Source: a virus. Taken from it: a stretch of 28,059 nt of DNA. Made by a program: the position numbers and the translations under genes. Shown here piece by piece: positions 7,728-15,068 of the stretch. The stretch lies in IMG/VR virus record IMGVR_UViG_3300036963_000407, positions 1-28,059 of that record. One strand, written 5' to 3'. Position 1 is the first letter of the stretch; every line of letters begins with the position of its first letter. The notes under the pieces were generated by a model that was given only the letters and a program-made list of their open reading frames with translations, ran no database searches and was not told the origin of the DNA.

Positions 7728-8870
7728 ATGAATTTAAAAAATTTTAAAATTACAAACAAAGGTCTTTATTGGGGGCTTATTGTTACATTTGCCCTCCTAT
7801 ATTTGTGTGTAGGATTTGTATCAACTTTACACTCAATTACATTTTTCAACTTAGCGAATACTGTTGGCCTTGCAGTACTTCTTGGTATTACTTATGAAAT
7901 TGGCCAAGCGTCAGTTTTATTTTCGATACTTATGACTAAGAATAAGGATAGATTTTTGCCATGGGCTTTAATGTTTTTATTAACTGCTTTACAAGTCACG
8001 GCGAACGTTTATGCTTCATTCAAATATATGGTTATGTCAGGATCTAATGATTGGCAATACTGGCAAAAATCAATATTAATAGGAGTACAAGCAGAAAATG
8101 CCGAAATGTATCAAGTAATTATATCCTGGATAGCCGGTGCTTTACTTCCTATCGTAGCTCTTGGTATGACAGCATTAGTAGCTCAAAATATTAAGTTAAT
8201 GTCAGAAGAAGATGAAAAGAAATCTTTGCCTGAACCTGAAGAAATTCCTGAAATTGAAAAACCCTTAGAGCCTACAATTGTCAATGAGTATGAAAAAGAT
8301 TATTTAGACGAAGAAATAGCATTAATAGAAGATGCAAAGCCTAAAGTTATTGATGAGCCTATACCCGAAAAAGAGATAGAAACAAAATTAGTCGAACAAA
8401 TTGAACCAGAAAAACCTGTAACTGCTAAAAAACGAGGACGACCACCCAAAAAAGATGTTGTCGTTGAGCCAAAAAAAGAAAAGGAGCTCCTGCCAAAAGA
8501 GGACGTAAGAGTTCCAAAGAAAAGACGAACAGTTGATCCTCTTAAGAAAAAAACGAAAATAAAGAATCTTGACCTTAAGGAACTTCATAAACCTTCGGTA
8601 GGTGATAAGATTCTAGAATTAATCGAGAAACAAGAAAAAGATCAGATAAAGGAATCCATTATAACCGATAATAAAGATGTTCTCGAATCACCTGGTGTCT
8701 CTCTGGTGCCTCCTGAAATAGAGGATGCAATTCCTTATGTTGAAGGAGGAGTAGAAGTCTTAGATGCCAAGGCAGTTCCAAAGCCTGAAAACGAAAAAAA
8801 AAAACTAAAATCGGAAAAGTTTGGTATCCCTATTAGTCCCAAAGAACGCAAAAATTTCGATAGAATTTAA
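7728..8870 (+). CDS. membrane protein (about 4 N-terminal TM helices) with a long charged tail carrying an AT-hook-like KKRGRPPKK
   Basis: ATG 7728 is preferred over TTG 7689. Hydrophobic segments fall in the first ~155 aa and the tail is rich in E/K/P. Confidence 0.7.
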   Translation: MNLKNFKITNKGLYWGLIVTFALLYLCVGFVSTLHSITFFNLANTVGLAVLLGITYEIGQASVLFSILMTKNKDRFLPWALMFLLTALQVTANVYASFKYMVMSGSNDWQYWQKSILIGVQAENAEMYQVIISWIAGALLPIVALGMTALVAQNIKLMSEEDEKKSLPEPEEIPEIEKPLEPTIVNEYEKDYLDEEIALIEDAKPKVIDEPIPEKEIETKLVEQIEPEKPVTAKKRGRPPKKDVVVEPKKEKELLPKEDVRVPKKRRTVDPLKKKTKIKNLDLKELHKPSVGDKILELIEKQEKDQIKESIITDNKDVLESPGVSLVPPEIEDAIPYVEGGVEVLDAKAVPKPENEKKKLKSEKFGIPISPKERKNFDRI

Positions 8871-8871
8871 C

Positions 8872-8895
8872 AAGAGGTTCTAAACCTCTTTTTTT
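8872..8895 (+). terminator. intrinsic terminator
   Basis: AAGAGGTT-CTA-AACCTCTT followed by a T-tract. Confidence 0.75.
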
Positions 8896-8921
8896 ATGAA
8901 ATAAAATTCGTCAAATATTTA

Positions 8922-8937
8922 GATAAATAAATTAAAA
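8922..8937 (+). promoter_or_regulatory. late-type promoter motif variant
   Basis: GATAAATAAATTAAAA upstream of ATG 8951. Confidence 0.4.
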
Positions 8938-8950
8938 TAAATATGTAATT

Positions 8951-9958
8951 ATGCCTATTGATCTTTTTAATCCAACATCAAATAATTATATTAATCCTGA
9001 ATTACCAGAATGTCCTGGATCAGCTGCTGAAAATACAACTCTTGAATTCTTAAATGGAAAAAAGATTGGAGTAATTTCGGGAAGCGATATATTAGTTTCC
9101 ATGGAATTAGGTGATATATCTGAAATTGTTACTGCGTGGTCTCGACAAACAAAAATCGTTGAATCTGGTGAAGTTACATTTATTCAGGGATTAACAAAAG
9201 GCATTTCAAATCGAACCCAAAGATTTTTATTCGACGGTTCAACTATATATAACGGTGTTGAACATGATTTATACATGAGTGCTAACTTACAAATAAACTA
9301 TTATAGAAATTTTAGATACTACGATGTTTCATTATTTGTTACTAGTGATCCAGAAAATTCTATAAGATTTGAAAATGCGTTAAATATAGTCTTTGGAGAG
9401 AATAACATATCAGTTACTGCAACATACGATCCAAGCGGTTTAACATTTGTAGGTTCACCTGCTGGATATTCATTTGATATTACTTCAATAGATGTTAGTG
9501 TATGGTTACCTGATACATCAATATATGGAAGCCCAATGGTTGAAGATGTATCAGCAGAAATTCCCGCCTTTAAATATCCAAACACAGCAATGCTTGGATA
9601 TGTTTTAAAAGTTACTTATCCTATCGATTCTAATGAATCTGATCGTTTTGTTAACATAAATCATATCCCCGATTATTTAACATATTACGTTTTAAATGAA
9701 GACTCTTCATGTTATGATAAAGATTGTGATGCTGTAGATGCTGGAATGAGTGGCCCAAGTACAGATACCACAATTAGTGCCGGAGATTATCTTAATTATG
9801 TTGATGAAAATAATTTATGGGAAAAAGTTGGGCCTGTAAAAATATGGATAAGTGTGCCTGATCCAGTTGATTCTAATGATGAAAATTTAATCACAGGATT
9901 TTATGTATTTAACCCTCATCCTTATCCTATTAAAATAGACTATATGGTATTTGTTTAA
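8951..9958 (+). CDS. hypothetical beta-rich protein, probably virion structural
   Basis: 335 aa, acidic and rich in S/T/G/aromatic residues, with a late-type motif upstream. The function is inferred only. Confidence 0.6.
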   Translation: MPIDLFNPTSNNYINPELPECPGSAAENTTLEFLNGKKIGVISGSDILVSMELGDISEIVTAWSRQTKIVESGEVTFIQGLTKGISNRTQRFLFDGSTIYNGVEHDLYMSANLQINYYRNFRYYDVSLFVTSDPENSIRFENALNIVFGENNISVTATYDPSGLTFVGSPAGYSFDITSIDVSVWLPDTSIYGSPMVEDVSAEIPAFKYPNTAMLGYVLKVTYPIDSNESDRFVNINHIPDYLTYYVLNEDSSCYDKDCDAVDAGMSGPSTDTTISAGDYLNYVDENNLWEKVGPVKIWISVPDPVDSNDENLITGFYVFNPHPYPIKIDYMVFV

Positions 9959-9970
9959 AAAAATTAGAAT

Positions 9971-10765
9971 ATGAAAAAGTTAGTTAGAGAAAGTTTAATA
10001 AAAGAAAGTTACGGGGCAGGATTCTCAATGTCATCAGGAGGATTTCGCGGAGGAATGGGAGGCATTACACGTGGAGGATTTGGCGGAGCTAATAACATGG
10101 GTGGTCCAAACATGATGTACACGTATGAAATTAAGCCCTTAAATCATTCTCTTGAACAAAGGCCAACAACAGCGGATATTGAAATTAATGAAATTAAAGT
10201 AGGTTCAATGATAACAGGCAATCCCGTAAAATCAAATGCAAACCCCGGAAACACAAAAATTAAAGGGATTGTACAACAAATAGTTAAAACAGATAATAAC
10301 TCAATTAAATACTATATTGTTTTTGACGAAGCAACTGCAACTTCGGTTAAAATTGAACCTTTAAGCGCCCAATTAGTTGTTAATGCGCCAATGGCATCAT
10401 ATAATTCTGTAGAAACTAATAGATACAGGCCAAGAAGATCTTTTGTTAGAGAATCGATTTGCATAAATGAAACTTACGATATTACAGAAGCGACAACTGA
10501 CGTTAAAGATAAAGTTAAAAATAGTCGTAAACTTCCTAAAGAAATGAAAGAAAAAATTTTTCCGTTGATAATGAAAAAGGGAATACACGGCACACAATAT
10601 AAAAATGGTGTAGTTACACACTTAAAATATTCCAAATCAGGAGTAGGATTAGGTGCAGATAAAAACGGATTTTTTGTTTTTACACATAGAGCAAGAAGTA
10701 AATCATACAAAGAAATAGATAAAATTCCCGAAAAAGATATTAAATTCATAGAAAGTACAGGATAA
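9971..10765 (+). CDS. hypothetical two-module protein, possibly head-packaged
   Basis: N-terminal LVRESLIKES, a Gly-rich segment, an internal FVRESICINE, and a C-terminal basic module (THRARSKSY...KFIESTG). Confidence 0.65.
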   Translation: MKKLVRESLIKESYGAGFSMSSGGFRGGMGGITRGGFGGANNMGGPNMMYTYEIKPLNHSLEQRPTTADIEINEIKVGSMITGNPVKSNANPGNTKIKGIVQQIVKTDNNSIKYYIVFDEATATSVKIEPLSAQLVVNAPMASYNSVETNRYRPRRSFVRESICINETYDITEATTDVKDKVKNSRKLPKEMKEKIFPLIMKKGIHGTQYKNGVVTHLKYSKSGVGLGADKNGFFVFTHRARSKSYKEIDKIPEKDIKFIESTG

Positions 10766-10819
10766 TTTTGTATAAAAATTTTCTCGATTAAGAAATATTA
10801 TTTATATTTACAAAATTAT

Positions 10820-10840
10820 AAGAGGTATAAAGCCTCTTTT
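10820..10840. terminator. intrinsic terminator, possibly bidirectional
   Basis: AAGAGGT-ATAAA-GCCTCTT followed by TT and a T-rich tail. Confidence 0.65.
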
Positions 10841-10842
10841 GT

Positions 10843-10881
10843 TTTATGATTTTTAACATTAACTACATTATTAGGTACATT
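10843..10881 (-). pseudogene. possible relic of the original 3' end of the glycosyltransferase at 11831-12664
   Basis: The minus strand reads NVPNNVVNVKNHK, compared with NVPSNSVHVKK...IHK near the glycosyltransferase C-terminus (7/11 identical, several at synonymous codons). The match is short. Confidence 0.4.
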
Positions 10882-10886
10882 AGAAG

Positions 10887-10908
10887 TGAATATATAAAAT
10901 AAAAATGA
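10887..10908 (+). promoter_or_regulatory. late-type promoter/start cassette of the endonuclease gene
   Basis: TGAATATATAAAATAAAAATGA, identical to the reverse complement of 14774-14795. Confidence 0.65.
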
Positions 10909-11879
10909 AAGATTTTAGAAGAAATGCGAATAATATGATAATATGTGAAGAGTGTGGTAAAACATTTAAACTTGTGGGTTCCTTAGCAAGACACATAAAA
11001 CAATTTCATATTATTACTCAAAAAGAATATTTTGATAAATGGTTAAAAGAAGAAGGAGAAGGCGAATGCAAATTATGCGGAAAGGAAACTAAATTTATGA
11101 ATTTTTCACGATATTATCAAACTACATGCAGTAAATTATGTAATTATAAATTACTTGGAATTGGTATGGCGTCTACAGAAAGAAGACAAAAAATTAAAGA
11201 AACTTGTTTAAAAAAATATGGTGTTGATTCTCCTCTTAAATCTTCTATTATAAGAACTAAGATAGAGCAAGAAAACATTAAAAATTATGGTGTAAAAAAT
11301 AATTATCAGCGAAAAGATGTAAAAGAAAAAATCAAAAAAACTAAAAAGGAAAAATACGGTGATGAAAAATATCAAAATTGGGATAAACAAAGACAAACAT
11401 GCTTAGAACGTTACGGAAACGAGTGCGCATTATTAAATATAGATATTAAGAAAAAGACAGCAGAAACTCTTAAAAAAAGATATGGAGTTGAACATCAATC
11501 TCAAAATGAAAATGTACATTATAAACAAATGAATAGCGGAAAGAAAATAAAATATTTCAGACAAACTGATTTATGGTATCAGGGTTCTTATGAATTAGAT
11601 TTTTTAGAAAAATATTATGATATGTTTGAAATACACAGAGCTAATTCCATTATCTATTATTTAAATGGAAAGAAAAAATATTATCATCCAGATTTTTATA
11701 TACCATCTTTAAATCTCATTATTGAATGCAAAAATTCATATTATGAAAAAAGAGATAAAGAAGTATTAGAAGCAAAAGAAAAAGCCACTATTGCTAATGG
11801 CTTTAAATATATAATGATAGTTGATAAGAATTATTCTGAATTTGACGAATTTTTAAGCCAAGGCACGTCAAATTTATGA
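10905..11879 (+). CDS. putative homing endonuclease: C2H2 and Cys zinc fingers, KKYG/ERYG repeats, C-terminal PD-(D/E)XK domain
   Basis: CEECGKTF...LARHIKQFH, CKLC...CSKLC, repeated (K/E)xYG units, and YQGSYELDF...YHPDFYIPSLNLIIECKN. Confidence 0.75.
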   Translation: MKDFRRNANNMIICEECGKTFKLVGSLARHIKQFHIITQKEYFDKWLKEEGEGECKLCGKETKFMNFSRYYQTTCSKLCNYKLLGIGMASTERRQKIKETCLKKYGVDSPLKSSIIRTKIEQENIKNYGVKNNYQRKDVKEKIKKTKKEKYGDEKYQNWDKQRQTCLERYGNECALLNIDIKKKTAETLKKRYGVEHQSQNENVHYKQMNSGKKIKYFRQTDLWYQGSYELDFLEKYYDMFEIHRANSIIYYLNGKKKYYHPDFYIPSLNLIIECKNSYYEKRDKEVLEAKEKATIANGFKYIMIVDKNYSEFDEFLSQGTSNL

Positions 11880-12664
11880 ATACGAACATCAAGTTTTTTG
11901 ACGTGCACAGAATTTGAAGGAACGTTGAAAAGCATTATCGCGTCATCACCTTCTTTCCAATTTTCATATTGATGAACTGCTTTATCTATAAGTGCTTGAT
12001 TAAAATGATCTTTTGCGCTCCAATTCTCAAGTTTTTTACGAATATTTTTTCTTATCCATGCTCCATGAGCCATTCTAATTACTTCATCGGGAAATAAGTA
12101 TGTGCCTATATTCATTGGATTATAAATTCTTCTAGTAGGGTCTGTTGGTCCTGGAGCAGGTCCATTAAATGTATACGTAAAATAGGTTGAATGAATACCC
12201 GGAACAAAAGGCCTAAAGGGATAAACAAGATAATGTTCAAAATCTTTATAGTAATTAACATAACTCCAATATGTTATAGGCCACCCATTGGCATTAATCT
12301 GTTTTTTAACTTCTACGAATTGATCGCGATCATATATTTCATCTGCGTCTATGTTGAGAATATGTGAAAAACCTTTTTCCCTCATCATTGTAATCCCCAT
12401 GTTTCTCTTATCTGTTTCTTGTTCTCTATGAGGTTTTCTGTAATCTCCTTGAAATTCAATTAATTCATCTATTAATCCTAATTTATGAAGTCGTTGAAGT
12501 TCTTCCATATCCTCTGGATCCATTTTGTTTCCACAGTATGAAACATTCTGATATATAGCAGCAACATGATCAACTTGATCACGTATTTCGCTTATTAACA
12601 TTTCAAGAAGTTCAGAAGCATCGAAGCTGTTTATTGTTAGAGCTAATCTCTTGATTTTTCCCAT
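11831..12664 (-). CDS. glycosyltransferase, GT-A fold (GT2-like)
   Basis: ETDKRNMG...HILNIDADEIY with a DxD (DAD) motif. The 3' end overlaps the convergent endonuclease by 49 nt. Confidence 0.7.
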   Translation of the reverse strand: MGKIKRLALTINSFDASELLEMLISEIRDQVDHVAAIYQNVSYCGNKMDPEDMEELQRLHKLGLIDELIEFQGDYRKPHREQETDKRNMGITMMREKGFSHILNIDADEIYDRDQFVEVKKQINANGWPITYWSYVNYYKDFEHYLVYPFRPFVPGIHSTYFTYTFNGPAPGPTDPTRRIYNPMNIGTYLFPDEVIRMAHGAWIRKNIRKKLENWSAKDHFNQALIDKAVHQYENWKEGDDAIMLFNVPSNSVHVKKLDVRIHKFDVPWLKNSSNSE

Positions 12665-12666
12665 AT

Positions 12667-12840
12667 CTAATACGTTTTATTTTTTCTTTTACTTGTTAAT
12701 TTTAAAAGTTCTTTATCTCTTTTTCGTTTTTTTCTATCCAGTTCTTTTATTTCTTTATTAATTTTTCTAATGTACATGATCATAACAACACCTAAAACAA
12801 TAAGTGCAATTATTAACAATATCTCTAATGCTTTTTCCAT
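12667..12840 (-). CDS. small single-pass membrane protein with a basic tail
   Basis: ILLIIALIVLGVVMIMYI followed by a K/R-rich tail. Start moved to ATG 12840. Confidence 0.5.
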   Translation of the reverse strand: MEKALEILLIIALIVLGVVMIMYIRKINKEIKELDRKKRKRDKELLKLTSKRKNKTY

Positions 12841-13028
12841 GCATAGGTGTAATTTTTCCAAGTATATATCTGATCATAACAACATTCACATAATTGTCCT
12901 GCTCCTTCTACGTAATAACGTCTTTCATGTATAGGAGTGTTTTTTATATAAGGCGTTTCATTAAAACAAATAACACATTTTTCTTTTTTAATGCTAGCAT
13001 CTATTGGATGCTTTTTTAAGTTTTCCAT
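12825..13028 (-). CDS. small putative zinc-binding protein
   Basis: CVIC...YVEGAGQLCECC (two CxxC pairs). Confidence 0.55.
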   Translation of the reverse strand: MENLKKHPIDASIKKEKCVICFNETPYIKNTPIHERRYYVEGAGQLCECCYDQIYTWKNYTYAWKKH

Positions 13029-13038
13029 TTCATAATCA

Positions 13039-14088
13039 TTATTTTTTAATGCCGGTGAATAATTCGGCTTTTATGCTTTTGTCTGACTTATAATTTGATA
13101 AAACAAAATCATCTATAGTAAGCTCTAATATGTCATCCAGTGACTTGAGTTCCTTTGTAATTGTTAGATAAGGTAACCTATTAGGCGTTCGTTTTAATTG
13201 CTCCTGTGCCATCGGAATATGGTCTAGATATAAATGGGTGTCTCCGCCTATCCAATATGCAATACCAGGAGCCATATTTGAAACTTTTGCTATAATTATT
13301 AACAATAATGATATTGAAGCCAAGTTAAATGGAACACCAAGAAAAATATCACATGAACGTTGATACATGTTTAGATCAAGGAAATATTTAGGGATATTGT
13401 AACAATCTAAATCTTCGTGCGAAAGAAAATTAGGTATATTCTCAGGTATTAAATTTTTTCTTTCTTCAAATGACATTGGCCTCACAATAAATTGATAAAG
13501 AAGATGACATGGGGGAAGTGCCATCTCAGGAAAATCTACTTTATTCCAGCTATCTATTATATGATAACGACTATAAGGATTGTTTTTTAAGCCTTCAATG
13601 ACATCTTTAATCTGATCTACTCCATTTTGATTTCGCCATTGATAGCCATAGACTTTACCAAGATCACCAAGGTGATAATTCCCTATAACTTTAGAAATTA
13701 ATCTATAATCTCTTCCTTTTTTAATAGCGTCTATGAATTCTTCTTGCGTTTCAAATCTATAAGGCAGTTCTTCTTGAAATCTTGATTCTAAATTAATAAA
13801 TTCTTCATATTTTTTCAAATACCAACGATATGCATCGGATGACCAAATATTAACACCGTTATCAACTAAATATTTTATATTTGTATCTCCTCTTAAGAAC
13901 CAAAGGAGTTCATGAATTATTCCTTTCAAAAACATCTTTTTTGTTGTTAATAACGGAAATCCCTCGCCAAGATCCATTCGTATAGTTGCGTTTGAAATAC
14001 CTATTGTATTCGGCATGTTGGGTCTTCCTGATTCCTTCTCTACACCCTCTGTTAAAATTTTATCTAATAGTTCGAGATATTGTTTCAT
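13039..14088 (-). CDS. thyA: thymidylate synthase (complete)
   Basis: FPLLTTKK, ELLWFLRG, LGKVYGYQWR, catalytic LPPCH, YQRSCDIFLGVPFN and GDTHLY. Confidence 0.97.
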   Translation of the reverse strand: MKQYLELLDKILTEGVEKESGRPNMPNTIGISNATIRMDLGEGFPLLTTKKMFLKGIIHELLWFLRGDTNIKYLVDNGVNIWSSDAYRWYLKKYEEFINLESRFQEELPYRFETQEEFIDAIKKGRDYRLISKVIGNYHLGDLGKVYGYQWRNQNGVDQIKDVIEGLKNNPYSRYHIIDSWNKVDFPEMALPPCHLLYQFIVRPMSFEERKNLIPENIPNFLSHEDLDCYNIPKYFLDLNMYQRSCDIFLGVPFNLASISLLLIIIAKVSNMAPGIAYWIGGDTHLYLDHIPMAQEQLKRTPNRLPYLTITKELKSLDDILELTIDDFVLSNYKSDKSIKAELFTGIKK

Positions 14089-14777
14089 TTTATTTCATTT
14101 TTATGTGTCCATTTGCATCCATCTATTATTCTATTATACTGAATTCTTTTTCTTATGGTTTCAGATTTTATTCCAGTTTTTTCAGAAGCGTCTTTTAAAG
14201 ATTTGAATTCATGTAATATTTTATCGGTGTTAATATCAATAACCAAAATAGGTTTTTTTAATTTTTCATGAGATTTAGCGTAATCTGTTTTTCTATTTTT
14301 AATAGATTCATACCACGATTCCCAATCTGTGTTATCTTTTATTTTTTGAAGTCTTACTGGATTATAATAATCTATTTTTTGACTTCTTTCTTTAAAATAT
14401 TTTTTTCGTTCTTCTTCCGTTTTTCCTATTCCATTTAAGTGATCTGCGCGATTACTTTTATGGAAATTCGGATTTGAATAATTTATAAATAATGAAGTAT
14501 CGCCTCCATCTCCTTCTTCGGGTCTTAAATTCGCCCATTCAGGAGAATTTACTACATCTAATTCATTACTTATTTTTATTCCTTCATTAATTAATTCCTT
14601 AACATTAGTTGTTTTAAATACTATTTCAGTTAATATGTCTTTATGCGTTAAATTATGTTTTTTAATATGTCTTAACCAAATTTTTCCACTTCCTTTATAT
14701 TTGAATGGATCTTTTGTAGTTTTTCCTAAATATTTTAGTCCATGAGGACTTGTTTTAATATACAAATAATAAATCAT
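14085..14777 (-). CDS. free-standing GIY-YIG (Seg-like) homing endonuclease with a C-terminal NUMOD1-like HTH
   Basis: YYLYIKT...KYLGKT...YKGSG, and C-terminal KPILVID...FKSLKDASEKTGIKSETIRKRI. ATGA overlap with the thyA start. Confidence 0.85.
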   Translation of the reverse strand: MIYYLYIKTSPHGLKYLGKTTKDPFKYKGSGKIWLRHIKKHNLTHKDILTEIVFKTTNVKELINEGIKISNELDVVNSPEWANLRPEEGDGGDTSLFINYSNPNFHKSNRADHLNGIGKTEEERKKYFKERSQKIDYYNPVRLQKIKDNTDWESWYESIKNRKTDYAKSHEKLKKPILVIDINTDKILHEFKSLKDASEKTGIKSETIRKRIQYNRIIDGCKWTHKNEIK

Positions 14778-14795
14778 TTTTATTTTATATATTCA
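14774..14795 (-). promoter_or_regulatory. late-type promoter/start cassette of the endonuclease gene
   Basis: TGAATATATAAAATAAAAATGA on the minus strand, identical to 10887-10908. Confidence 0.65.
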
Positions 14796-15001
14796 TAAAG
14801 AGATGGATATAAGTGGTACTTAATGTAAGATTTTCCCTTAAGATACATTTTCTTAGTTGTTAATAACGGAAAACCACCGCTAAGATCCATTTTAATAAAG
14901 CCATGTGATAATCCTAACGTTTTAGGCATATTAGCACGCCCGGATTCTTTTTCAACACCGTTATTAAGGATATTTTGTAATAAATCGAGATACTGTTTCA
15001 T
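14780..15001 (-). pseudogene. thyA: truncated diverged 5' copy of thyA (codons 1-56, then 17 unrelated codons)
   Basis: 40/56 aa identical to the N-terminus of the intact thyA. Homology ends at KKMYLKG (14834). Confidence 0.9.
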
Positions 15002-15018
15002 ATAAACATAATTTTAAT

Positions 15019-15046
15019 TTATATGAAGAAAATGTTAAGAGTTTTA
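15019..15046 (-). promoter_or_regulatory. bipartite promoter-like motif upstream of the thyA stub
   Basis: TAAAAC-N16-ATATAA. Confidence 0.35.
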
Positions 15047-15068
15047 AAATTTTGTTAAAAAATCATAT

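Noticed and set aside
11831-14088. DNA hypermodification cluster (hydroxymethylase plus glycosyltransferase)
   Set aside because: The synthase keeps Asn in GVPFN (dUMP specificity) and other canonical ThyA motifs, and the kinase looks like a standard Tmk. There is no support for a modified-base pathway in this window.
14085-14834. Group I intron in thyA
   Set aside because: The downstream thyA is complete from its own ATG and duplicates codons 1-56. I see no P-helix core or U/G splice boundaries, so splicing is unnecessary.
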